A program made the position numbers and the translations under genes. The notes beneath the pieces are model-generated. The model searched no databases. It saw nothing but the letters and a program-made list of their open reading frames with translations, and was not told the origin of the DNA. Below, one piece after another: positions 28,267 through 37,446 of a stretch of 64,000 bases of DNA (the first letter of the stretch is position 1; the number at the start of each line of letters is the position of its first letter). The stretch lies in contig OZ244937.1 in the NCBI GenBank assembly GCA_965222075.1, positions 32,001 to 96,000 on the forward strand, written 5' to 3'. Source of the DNA: Candidatus Latescibacterota bacterium (GTDB taxonomy: Bacteria; Latescibacterota; UBA2968; GCA-2709665).

Positions 28267-30288
28267 ATGTCATCCCGCTCTGCTGTTCCATCCACTGGTC
28301 AGCCCAGGGCCTCTGCCGGAGTCAGATCCTTCCACGCAGTCACCCCTCGCGCCCTCGCCGTCGGCCTCCTGCTGGTCATCGCGATCGATTTCTGGAATAT
28401 CTATTCCGAAGCGGTCATCCGTGGCTCGCGGGTCAATTTGACCCAGTTTCCCGTTTCCCTTGTCGCGCCTTTCGTACTTCTTGTCCTCGTTCTCAACCCC
28501 TGCCTGGCCGCTTTGCGCCAAAGGTGGGCGCTCACCCCCGGCGAGTTGCTTGTTGTGCTTGGCATGGGTCTGGTCGGCTCTGTCATCCCTTCCTACGGCA
28601 TGACCAGCATCCTCATCGGCATGCTGGCCACTCCTTTCTACCACGCCACTCCCGAGAACCAGTGGGACATCTACTTCTTAGATCATATCCCACCCTGGCT
28701 GGCTCCCCGCGATACCGACTTTGCCCTCACCCATCTGTTCGAGGGGTTGCCCCCTGGTGCCTCCATTCCCTGGGGCGTCTGGGTCATCCCCCTCTTGTGG
28801 TGGGGCAGCCTGATCGCCGCGGTTGCGGCTTTCTCCTTCGGTATTGCGGTAATTCTGCGCCGCCAGTGGGCTGAACACGAACGCCTCGTCTACCCGCTCC
28901 TGAAGCCTGCCGTCGCCCTCACCGAGCAGCCGCATCCCGGCACCTTCTGGGCTGATACTGTGCGGACCCGCCTCTTCTGGGCCGGCTTCGCCCTCGCCTT
29001 CGGGTTCAACACCTGGCTCTACCTCTCCTCCACCTTTTTAATGGTCCCTTCCCTTCCCCGCATCCTGTGGCCGGGCCAGTGGTTCTACCTTGACCGGTAC
29101 ATGCCCCCGCTGTGGATCCGGTTCAATCTCTATACCCTCGCCTTCGGGTATTTCGTCAACCAGGACGTCCTCCTCAGCTTCTGGGTCTTCAACCTGCTCC
29201 TGACGGCGGAGATCGGGCTGTTTCGACGGGTGGGCTACCGGATCAGCGGCGATGCCGGCGTCCTCGGCTACATCGGTGCAAGCGGCTTCTGGGGCAGCGC
29301 CGTGATGGCCTGGCAGTGCTTCGGCGCCCTAACTGTGCTGGTGCTCTGGGGTTTCTATGTGGCCCGGCGACACCTGGCCGATGTGGTCCGCAAGGCCCTC
29401 CGACCCGGCCACTCCATTGACGACACGGGTGAATTGCTCTCCTGCCGCGCCGCTGTCTGCTGCACCATCGGGGGCCTGGCCTACACGTTCTTCTGGTTTC
29501 ACGCTGCCGGCCTGGAACTCCGGATGCTCCTTCCCTTTCTGTTTGCCCTCCTCATTGTCTACGTTGGCCTGTCGCGCTTCGTGGCCGATGCCGGGGCCAT
29601 TTACGCCTACAGCCCCATGAGCCCCCAGGAATTCATGGTGCGCATCAGCGGCACCTCCTCCATCTCCGCCTCCAGTATGACGCTTCTCACCTACTCCTTT
29701 GTCCTCCGCGCCAACGCGCGGGGGTTCCTCCTGCCCACGCTGGCCCAGGTGGTCCGTCTGGGCGACCTGATCCGGGGGCAGGGACGACGGCTCTTCGCCG
29801 CGACCTCCCTGGCCATCTTCGTCGCCTTCATCGTTTCGATTCTCATGACTCTGTACATGGGCTACACCTACGGCGTTTCCAATTTCCGCGACCTCCCCCT
29901 CACCAGATACCCGCCCTTCCTCTTCAACCGGACCCTCAGTCTCATGAAGAGCTACGCCGACACCGGCCCGGAGCGCCTCATGTTTTTCGCCATTGGCGGA
30001 GGCGTTTTGGCCCTCCTCACCTACCTGCGCTACCGCCTTCCCCGGTGGCCCCTGCATCCCATCGGTCTCCCCATTGCCGGCACCAGTGCCCGAAGCTCGA
30101 TTATGAGCATGGTCCTGATCTGGGGCGTCAAGTCGATCCTGCTGCGGATCGGCGGCGTAGCCCTCTACCGCCGGGGTTCCCCTCTCTTCATCGGCATCAT
30201 CGCAGGTTACACCATCGCTATCTTTCTCGGCCACCTGGCCGATTCTGTCTGGTTTTCCGGCCAGGGGCATTTCCTTCACGGATGGTGA
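28267..30288 (+). CDS. DUF6785/DUF6784-type membrane protein #2
   Basis: RBS ggagg. Close paralog of 14931..16994. Confidence 0.8.
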   Translation: MSSRSAVPSTGQPRASAGVRSFHAVTPRALAVGLLLVIAIDFWNIYSEAVIRGSRVNLTQFPVSLVAPFVLLVLVLNPCLAALRQRWALTPGELLVVLGMGLVGSVIPSYGMTSILIGMLATPFYHATPENQWDIYFLDHIPPWLAPRDTDFALTHLFEGLPPGASIPWGVWVIPLLWWGSLIAAVAAFSFGIAVILRRQWAEHERLVYPLLKPAVALTEQPHPGTFWADTVRTRLFWAGFALAFGFNTWLYLSSTFLMVPSLPRILWPGQWFYLDRYMPPLWIRFNLYTLAFGYFVNQDVLLSFWVFNLLLTAEIGLFRRVGYRISGDAGVLGYIGASGFWGSAVMAWQCFGALTVLVLWGFYVARRHLADVVRKALRPGHSIDDTGELLSCRAAVCCTIGGLAYTFFWFHAAGLELRMLLPFLFALLIVYVGLSRFVADAGAIYAYSPMSPQEFMVRISGTSSISASSMTLLTYSFVLRANARGFLLPTLAQVVRLGDLIRGQGRRLFAATSLAIFVAFIVSILMTLYMGYTYGVSNFRDLPLTRYPPFLFNRTLSLMKSYADTGPERLMFFAIGGGVLALLTYLRYRLPRWPLHPIGLPIAGTSARSSIMSMVLIWGVKSILLRIGGVALYRRGSPLFIGIIAGYTIAIFLGHLADSVWFSGQGHFLHGW

Positions 30289-30353
30289 GAACTTTAAAAG
30301 GGAATTGTACTTGTTTTTAATACAGTTATCTCTGTTGAGGGGGGGGGTAATAG

Positions 30354-30372
30354 AGACCTCTTGTCGAGGTCT
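30354..30372. promoter_or_regulatory. Palindrome AGACCTC-N5-GAGGTCT upstream of the -35 box (candidate operator)
   Basis: Perfect 7-bp inverted repeat 9 bp upstream of TTGACA. Confidence 0.35.
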
Positions 30373-30381
30373 AAAAAAACC

Positions 30382-30411
30382 TTGACAGAACGCATAGATT
30401 CGTTATAAATT
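30382..30411 (+). promoter_or_regulatory. Sigma70-type promoter
   Basis: Perfect TTGACA at 30382 preceded by an A-tract. TATAAA follows at 16-nt spacing (or TAAATT at 18 nt) in an AT-rich intergenic region. Confidence 0.7.
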
Positions 30412-30454
30412 TATGTATTACGTTAGGACTTCATGACTTCCAAATAAGCTTTAG

Positions 30455-30541
30455 CTTCTGAGAAGGATAAATCGGTCGAAAGGCCGAGAGGAATAGTTAT
30501 GGGTCTTCGTCTGCCACAAGAGAGCCGCACTGCCGGGGGAA
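30455..30541 (+). ncRNA. Divergent c-di-GMP-I/GEMM-like riboswitch aptamer
   Basis: AAA-TCGGTC-GAAA-GGCCGA hairpin followed by GGGTCTT...AAGAGAGCCGCACTGCCG, in GEMM order. Core differs from consensus (GGATAAA, GAGGAATAG). Confidence 0.45.
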
Positions 30542-30563
30542 TGGATGGTAGTACGGTTTTTTT
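30524..30563 (+). terminator. Intrinsic terminator within the 5' leader (attenuator)
   Basis: gccgcactgcc / ggtagtacggt stem followed by a T7 tract. The 5' arm overlaps the putative aptamer's 3' end. Confidence 0.6.
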
Positions 30564-30767
30564 GTATGCGTAAAAAGAGCCGTTAGTCGCCGACTTTGGC
30601 GAGCAGGGGCTAACGGGGCACAGGTTGTGTGAGGGGTGTGTGCGGGGTGCGGGGAGGCAGTTGAGCCGGGAGAAAGGAGGGGAGAACCGATGGAAAGACT
30701 TCACTTCAGATTTGGGATTTCGGGAGGAATGAGGTTCTGTTTTAACCCGAAGGAAGGAGGAAGGCAG

Positions 30768-33700
30768 ATGAGCAGGTTGAAGATAGGTTTGGGCATTGCC
30801 CTCGCGCTGTGCGCCGTTTTGGCGATGGGCAGTGTGGCGACTGCCGGGACGACCGGGAAGGTGATGGGCGTCGTGACGGACGAGAAGGGAGATCCGCTGC
30901 CGGGGGCCAGCGTGGTGCTTGAGGGGACGCAGCGGGGATCGACGACGGATGCGGACGGGTCCTACGTGATCCTTTCGGTCGATCCCCGCGTGTATTCGGC
31001 GACGGCCTCTATGGTGGGCTACCATTCGGTGACCCAGAAGCAGGTACAGGTGCGGGCGGATTTTACCACGACGGTGATTTTCACGCTTCGGGAGCAGGCG
31101 CTGGAGTTAGAGGAGATGGTGGTGGTGGCGGAGCGTCCTCCGGTGGAGCCGGACCGGACGGAGAGCCGGTATGTGGTGACCGCCGAGGAAATCCAGCGGA
31201 CGCCGATTATACGGAAGGTGGAGGACTTCCTGGGGCTGGAGCCGGGTATGTCGGTGGACGGTCAGGGGTTCGTCCGGGGTTCGATGCCTGACGAGTCCAC
31301 GCTTTATGTGGACGGAGTCCGAATCCAGCAGACCGATAGACGCGTTTGGGGTGGATTTAACGCGGAGAACAAGCAGTGGTGGGCGGTCAACACGGATGCG
31401 GTGCAGGAGATCTCCCTGATTACGGGCGGGATGAACGCCGAGTACGGGAACGCGCAGTCCGGAGTTGTACAGATCGTGACACGGGATGGGGGGCGGGACT
31501 ACCACGGCGAGGTGGAGTACCGGCTCACGCCGGCGGGGCAGAAGCACTGGGGGAAGAACGTGTACGAGGCGCCCGAGCACCGGGGGCACATGCGGTGGGA
31601 CGATCCGGATTGGGTGGCCGAGGTGGACCCTGCGACGGGGAATCTGGTGCACCAGCGGACCAATTATACGGACTGGCGGGGCCACTACTTCGACGGTTTT
31701 GTGGGCGGTCCGCTGGTTTCGAATGCGTCTTTCTTTGTCAGCGCCCGGCACAGGCGGGATGCCGCCCGCATTCCCGGGCCGTGGGAGACGCAGCCGGCCA
31801 ACATCCGGACGTCGGCGAAATTGACTGTGCCGATGGGGCATAATGTGAAGTTCCGAGCCGGCTGGCTCTCCGACTATTGGGAAAACTTTCAGAGCGGCCA
31901 GTTGAGGAATACTCGCGTCACCAACGTGCTGAGGGGCCCCGGGCGGGACATCTTCCTGCCGCTGGGGTCGCCTGCGGGGAAGACCATCAACAGGGAGAAC
32001 GCGCTCTACGCCGTTTTGACCCACACCATCAGTCCGAAAGCCTTTTACGAGGTGCGAGTGTCGCATTACCGGAGCAAGCAGGACAGCAGCGACACGACGG
32101 GGGACGTAACCTCAGACGAAAGGAGGGACAAGGAGGGGTGGTTCTACACCGGCCGGAATGTGGTGTGGAACTATCACATCGGCGAACAGAAGCGGGTGGG
32201 TCTCAAGTTCGACCTGTCGAGTCAAATCACGAAGGGGCACTTCATCAAGGCCGGGGTAGATTTCACGAGTTACGACAACTGGTTTACGTGGGAGGGTGCT
32301 ACAGCCGGCAACAAGGCGAAGAATATCGAATACATCGGCAACCCCGCTCCGGGCACGGGGCTCACGCCCAAGCAGATCGGGGTCTACATCCAGGACAAGA
32401 TGGAGTTCGAGGGGCTGGTCGTGAACGCGGGTCTGCGATACGACCGGTTCTGGGGTGTGGACGTGCCGCTGATGGCCGCGCTGAGGGCCATGATTTACAA
32501 TTCGATGTCGAAGTTCATCAACCACGCCCCCCGTTTTCCCTTCAAGCCGATCGTGAACTGGAGCCCGAGGCTGGGGATTTCGCACCCGATCACGGACAGG
32601 TCGGCCCTGCACTTTTCCTACGGCCACTACATCCAGCTCCCGGGTTTCCGGCGCATGTTCCACGAGGAGTGGAAGACGGTCGGTACCCGAGCGATTGAGG
32701 GCATCCCGTACAGCGATTATACCCAGGGGCTGCGGCCTACCGGCATGTCTGCGATTCGGCCCATCTGGGACGATACGCAGCAGAAGATCAGCTTCGAGCT
32801 GGGCGTGGACTGGAACTTCGTGAGCGACTACACGGCGACGCTGGCTACGTTCTACAAGAACGGCTCGTCCCAGGAGGTCTCCGGCTGGAACATGTTGCAG
32901 AATCCGACCAACCGCGCGCGGCATTATTTGAACTCCTCCTCGATCGACTGGTGGGAGGATGCACGGGGCTTCGAGTTCAGCATGAGGAAGGGCTTCAGCA
33001 ACTACTTCTCGTTCCGGGCCGCGTTCAACTTAGAGTGGACGGCCCAAGGCCGGGGCGGTGGCGGAGACAACGCGGGCGCCTTAGCCGCGACGCTCGACTC
33101 CACCTGGGTCGCCACGAGCCCGTACTACTTCGAGAAGTGGGAGGAGGGGCCCGGGGTTCAGCGGCCGGTGGAGCCTACGGCCGAGGAGCGGCTGGCGGCT
33201 GCGAGGGGCGCCGCCGGGTTGATGGAAACCATTCGTTCCGATCCCGGGTTTTTCGTGTACTGCTTCTTCAGCCCCGGCCTGAAGGCGAACGACAACGACA
33301 GGGTGAGCAGCGAGGCCAGGGACGCGGCGGAGGGCATCTGGTACGTTTACGACTATTGCCCGAGCGACACGAGAAGCAGTTCTCCGGGGCGCCGTGGGCA
33401 GGGCAGCCTGCAGTTTTTCTTCGGGTCCCCCTCGGACTTCGGGCCGGGTCCGAAGTTCGCCGGGAGCACCCTGCTGGGCGACCTGCGGGCAAACCTGATC
33501 TACCGGATCTACACGGGATCGAAATTCAGGTACTCCGAGCTGGCTACCGGGAAGACGGTGTGGTCGAGAGCGCCCTTACACACCAACATGGATTTGAGCG
33601 TGCAGAAGCGCCTCAACATCGGGAGGGTGAGCGCCGACCTGTTCCTTGAGGTGTTCAACCTGTTCGACCAGAAGGACGCGGGGTCCGTCGGCCGCACGGA

Positions 33701-33833
33701 ATACATGTGGTGGGGCATTGAAGGACCCAAGCCGGACGATGCGAACTACCTGAAGTACGGGGATTTCCAGGACCGGTCGCGGTTTATCGGCAGTCCCCGG
33801 GAGACGCACGTGGGCTTGAGGTTGAGTTTCTGA
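30768..33833 (+). CDS. TonB-dependent receptor with N-terminal carboxypeptidase-regulatory-like domain
   Basis: RBS aggagg, signal peptide, GKVMGVVTD..GDPLPGASV, plug ITGGMNAEYGNAQSGVV, barrel motifs, C-terminal Phe. Confidence 0.92.
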   Translation: MSRLKIGLGIALALCAVLAMGSVATAGTTGKVMGVVTDEKGDPLPGASVVLEGTQRGSTTDADGSYVILSVDPRVYSATASMVGYHSVTQKQVQVRADFTTTVIFTLREQALELEEMVVVAERPPVEPDRTESRYVVTAEEIQRTPIIRKVEDFLGLEPGMSVDGQGFVRGSMPDESTLYVDGVRIQQTDRRVWGGFNAENKQWWAVNTDAVQEISLITGGMNAEYGNAQSGVVQIVTRDGGRDYHGEVEYRLTPAGQKHWGKNVYEAPEHRGHMRWDDPDWVAEVDPATGNLVHQRTNYTDWRGHYFDGFVGGPLVSNASFFVSARHRRDAARIPGPWETQPANIRTSAKLTVPMGHNVKFRAGWLSDYWENFQSGQLRNTRVTNVLRGPGRDIFLPLGSPAGKTINRENALYAVLTHTISPKAFYEVRVSHYRSKQDSSDTTGDVTSDERRDKEGWFYTGRNVVWNYHIGEQKRVGLKFDLSSQITKGHFIKAGVDFTSYDNWFTWEGATAGNKAKNIEYIGNPAPGTGLTPKQIGVYIQDKMEFEGLVVNAGLRYDRFWGVDVPLMAALRAMIYNSMSKFINHAPRFPFKPIVNWSPRLGISHPITDRSALHFSYGHYIQLPGFRRMFHEEWKTVGTRAIEGIPYSDYTQGLRPTGMSAIRPIWDDTQQKISFELGVDWNFVSDYTATLATFYKNGSSQEVSGWNMLQNPTNRARHYLNSSSIDWWEDARGFEFSMRKGFSNYFSFRAAFNLEWTAQGRGGGGDNAGALAATLDSTWVATSPYYFEKWEEGPGVQRPVEPTAEERLAAARGAAGLMETIRSDPGFFVYCFFSPGLKANDNDRVSSEARDAAEGIWYVYDYCPSDTRSSSPGRRGQGSLQFFFGSPSDFGPGPKFAGSTLLGDLRANLIYRIYTGSKFRYSELATGKTVWSRAPLHTNMDLSVQKRLNIGRVSADLFLEVFNLFDQKDAGSVGRTEYMWWGIEGPKPDDANYLKYGDFQDRSRFIGSPRETHVGLRLSF

Positions 33834-33852
33834 TGTCCTCAAATTCTCCTCG

Positions 33853-33905
33853 GTCCCCGATACCAATGGGGGAAGAATCTGGTCTCCCCCATTGGTATCG
33901 GGGGC
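33853..33905. repeat. 21-bp-arm intergenic inverted repeat (REP-like hairpin)
   Basis: gtccccgataccaatggggga / tcccccattggtatcgggggc. Confidence 0.75.
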
Positions 33906-33957
33906 GATTTCCAGATTTCTTGGCCGTAAGGACAATCGATTCAGGAGGTTCAGGATA

Positions 33958-36228
33958 ATGAAAAAAGCCATCATCAACGGAGCGCTGCTCCTGGCGATCG
34001 GTCTCCTGTTGTGGGACGGGTCCCCAGTATGGGCGCAGGATTTCAAACATCGGTTAGCGACCCGCGGCAGGGTGTGGGACGTGTTCTGGAATACCGGAAA
34101 CCAGGGCGTCTGGGAGCAGTTCTTGACCACCGAGTATCGAGCCATGAGCTTTTCCTATCCGGGCCAGTTTGTGCCCGACTATCGGTGGGACGGTCCGGAG
34201 TACTACGGGGGTCAGCGCTCCTTCGCCGGGCTGCAGCCGTATCAGTCCTCGAACATGGAGATGACGGCCCTCAGCGCGGGCTTAGATATGTTTATCGCGA
34301 CGGTGGTGGGCGGCGACTATTTTGTGACCGAGACAAAGCCGCCGATCCTGTCGGAAGATGTCTTCGCGATCGCCTACGATCCCTCCCAGGGGCCGGAGGC
34401 GAACATCGGGTATCCGAACATTTCCCCGGGGGGGGCTCCGATGGCCAACTGGTGGCCGGGTCAACCTTTGCCCGGCCCGGAGTTCCCGGTGGAGATCCAC
34501 AACTACCGCTACTTCCAGTATATGGACCCGGACAAGGATATGTTTGCGGAGAACACCATCATATCCAACTACGCCACAAAGCGGGGGATCACCGTCACGA
34601 AGAAGGCCTACTCCTGGAGCTATCCGGGCTACAGCGACTTCATCATCCTGGATTTGACTTTTGAGAATACCGGGGACTCCGACGGGGACGGTGTGGCGGA
34701 CCTGAACGGAGGGGCCGGTCTCCAGCTGGACGATACCTTCTTCATTTTTTCGAGCCGGTACTATATTTCGCTTGCCGGGCACACGTGGCACGGCAGCACT
34801 GCCCTATATGGCTATGCCCAGACCGACCTGGTCAAAGACGACTGGAGCAAGTACACCGAGGCCCCGAACTACGACGGGCCGGCGTCCGGGCAGGGACTGA
34901 AGATGTATTACGGCTACGACGGGGACAACCCGTTCGTTCCGTGGGACGACACGGGCCAGCCTTTCAAGTCGGATGTGAGCACATACGCACAGATCTCTGT
35001 CGGGAAGATCCGATTCGAGGGTGAACTGACGGCCTACCAGTACGCGGGCATCGCCCCGATCGCCTACATGCCCGGGACCGCCAACGATCCGAGCACATGG
35101 ACGTACGACACGGGGGGCGACGCGAGCTTTGTAGCGCCCAAGGTGGCAGACCAGCCCTATACGTACAAGTGGGGGGAGTTCCGTCAGAAGGATGATTTCG
35201 ACCAGCCTGATTCCCGGACCTTTACGTATGAAGCGATGTACAACGCGCTATCCGGGCCCGCACCGACGATTATGGATAACTCCACGGAAATGGGCCAGAT
35301 CCACGGAACGTTCGCCTACGGTCCCTATGACCTGGCCGTCGGCGACAAGGTCAGGATCGTCCTTGTGACGGCGGCGGCCGCCCCGGTAGAGGAGAATTTC
35401 TGGGGCTGGGCGCTGACGGCGAAGGTGGACGAAATGCACACGGACAGGACGTTCAACAACCTGGTCAAGCACGTCAATGCCGCCAAAGATGCCTTCAAGT
35501 GGGGCTACGACCTGCCTGATCCACCGCCGGACGTGGAGGTGAAGATGGGCGTCACGCCTGAGGCGAACAACAAATTGACGTGGGACGCGGGGATGGCCGA
35601 TGCGACGGATCCGGACTATTCGGGCGCGGAGGCCCGGGACGTGGCGGGCCTGCGTGTATACCATTCGGAGATCAAGATCGACAACTGGAAGCTCCTGGCC
35701 GACCTTCCACCCACAGCCACCGAGTATGTGGACGACAAATCGGTGGCCGGATTCGTATATGTCTACACCGTTCGTGCTTATGATAATGGGCACCCCGACT
35801 GGAATGGCACAGGGATGGCCATCCCGTCGCTCGAGGGCGGCAACAGTTCGCCCGAGCAGAAGGCGGCGGGGGGTAGGCCCTTCGTTCCCTTTGTGCCTGC
35901 CAACCCTGCTGCGGACCAGCTTCAGGCGAAGGTGGTTGTGGTGCCGAACCCGTACAGGGACGATGGCGCGCACGCCTACCCGGCGAAGGAGCGGGTCCGG
36001 TTTCTGAATCTCCCGCACAAGTGCACGGTCCGGATCTTTACGGCGTCCGGGGATCTATTTGGCGAGTTCACCCACGACGATCCGTCCAAGGGCGAGGCGA
36101 ACTGGGCGCAGGTCCCCATCGATTTCATCGGAAGGGCTTCCCCCGGCATCTATTTCTTTGTAGTTGAATCGCAGGTGCAGGCGAGCCTGGGACAGATCCA
36201 GACGGGCACGTTTATGATCGTCAAGTAG
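33958..36228 (+). CDS. Secreted protein with FN3-like domain and T9SS-CTD-like C-terminus
   Basis: Signal peptide, DSDGDGVAD, YVYTVRAYD, VVPNPY...VRFLNLP..CTVRIFT...GIYFFVVES. Paralog of 1987..4545. Confidence 0.75.
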   Translation: MKKAIINGALLLAIGLLLWDGSPVWAQDFKHRLATRGRVWDVFWNTGNQGVWEQFLTTEYRAMSFSYPGQFVPDYRWDGPEYYGGQRSFAGLQPYQSSNMEMTALSAGLDMFIATVVGGDYFVTETKPPILSEDVFAIAYDPSQGPEANIGYPNISPGGAPMANWWPGQPLPGPEFPVEIHNYRYFQYMDPDKDMFAENTIISNYATKRGITVTKKAYSWSYPGYSDFIILDLTFENTGDSDGDGVADLNGGAGLQLDDTFFIFSSRYYISLAGHTWHGSTALYGYAQTDLVKDDWSKYTEAPNYDGPASGQGLKMYYGYDGDNPFVPWDDTGQPFKSDVSTYAQISVGKIRFEGELTAYQYAGIAPIAYMPGTANDPSTWTYDTGGDASFVAPKVADQPYTYKWGEFRQKDDFDQPDSRTFTYEAMYNALSGPAPTIMDNSTEMGQIHGTFAYGPYDLAVGDKVRIVLVTAAAAPVEENFWGWALTAKVDEMHTDRTFNNLVKHVNAAKDAFKWGYDLPDPPPDVEVKMGVTPEANNKLTWDAGMADATDPDYSGAEARDVAGLRVYHSEIKIDNWKLLADLPPTATEYVDDKSVAGFVYVYTVRAYDNGHPDWNGTGMAIPSLEGGNSSPEQKAAGGRPFVPFVPANPAADQLQAKVVVVPNPYRDDGAHAYPAKERVRFLNLPHKCTVRIFTASGDLFGEFTHDDPSKGEANWAQVPIDFIGRASPGIYFFVVESQVQASLGQIQTGTFMIVK

Positions 36229-36258
36229 GGAAACCGGATTGAAAAAGGAGAAACAGCG

Positions 36259-37209
36259 ATGAAACGGATATTCTGGATCGGACTGGCGGCGATGACGATC
36301 GTTGCGCTGCTCTTGCCCCGGGTTGCGGATGCGGGTCAGAGGCGGCTGGGGCGGATGGTGCTCCACATATTGAAGACGGACCACGGGGCGCGCATGAGCG
36401 GCATGGGGGGGAGTTTTGTGGCCATTGCCGATGACATTGATGCGATCCACGTGAACCCTGCGGGGTTGACCCACGTTGAGCGGATGGAGTATACGTTTTC
36501 CTACACGCGCTGGCTGGCGAACTCCAATTTTTTCTCGGGCGCGGTCGCTTATAAAACCGATTTGGGGATTTTGGGAGTGAGCGTGGTGGCGTTTTCGCCG
36601 GAGCAGATGGAGGAGAGGACGATCTTCCAGCCGCAGGGCACGGGTCGGATGCTGGATGCAGGGAATGTCAGCATCGGTGTGGCCTACGCCAGGAAGATTA
36701 CAGACAGGCTTTCCTTCGGATTGGTGGGCCGCTGGACGCAGGATACGCTGGACCAGGACCGGGTCAGCGCCGTCGACATCAGCATGGGGACGTTTTTCTA
36801 CACAGGGTTCAGGAACCTGCGGATCGCGATGGCGTTCAAGGACCTGGGCAAGGATGTTGAGGTGTTCGAGGAGGTGAATTACTCACTGCCGACGACGTTC
36901 AGTTTTGCGGTTGCAATGGACGCGTTTGGGCAGAAGGGCGATCCGGCGGTTCTGACGGCAACGGCGGAGAACTACTTCGCGACGGATTTTGCGGAGCCGC
37001 AGGCCCGGATCGGCGGGGAGTTGTGGCTGCAGAACATCGTGGCGGTGCGGGCAGGGTATCGGTTCAAACAGCCTGCGCAGTCCTACACCCTGGGGTTTGG
37101 GTTGAAGCTCCAGCCGGTGGAGGGGAAGGAGGTCCGTGCGGATTTCTCCTATACCCAGTTCGATTACTTCGATGCGCCGCTGCGGTTCTCGTTGAGCGGA
37201 TCGTTTTAA
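36259..37209 (+). CDS. PorV/PorQ family outer-membrane protein
   Basis: GARMSGMGGSFVA, NPAGL, VRAGY, RFSLSGSF. Paralog of 4556..5524. Confidence 0.85.
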   Translation: MKRIFWIGLAAMTIVALLLPRVADAGQRRLGRMVLHILKTDHGARMSGMGGSFVAIADDIDAIHVNPAGLTHVERMEYTFSYTRWLANSNFFSGAVAYKTDLGILGVSVVAFSPEQMEERTIFQPQGTGRMLDAGNVSIGVAYARKITDRLSFGLVGRWTQDTLDQDRVSAVDISMGTFFYTGFRNLRIAMAFKDLGKDVEVFEEVNYSLPTTFSFAVAMDAFGQKGDPAVLTATAENYFATDFAEPQARIGGELWLQNIVAVRAGYRFKQPAQSYTLGFGLKLQPVEGKEVRADFSYTQFDYFDAPLRFSLSGSF

Positions 37210-37446
37210 TCACGAAAGGCACGAAACCACTTCCGGCCCCCTATCCCCAGGGAAAGAGATGGGGTGGGGGGCAACGGAGGAGTACGGAGGGCTATAGAAG
37301 CACACAGAGCGTGGAGAAAGGGGCTGGAGCTTGAGGACCGGGGGCTTGTTTATACGATCCATCTCAGGAGGATGAGATTGGTTTTGCAAGCCTCCAGCCT
37401 TTTGTCTCCAGCCTCTGTTTTTTTCGTCTTTAGATTGGAGGATTGT

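Noticed and set aside
37290-37380. Four-helix-bundle gene remnant (RAWRKGLEL...VYTI)
   Set aside because: The resemblance covers only a few residues and cannot be supported without a search.
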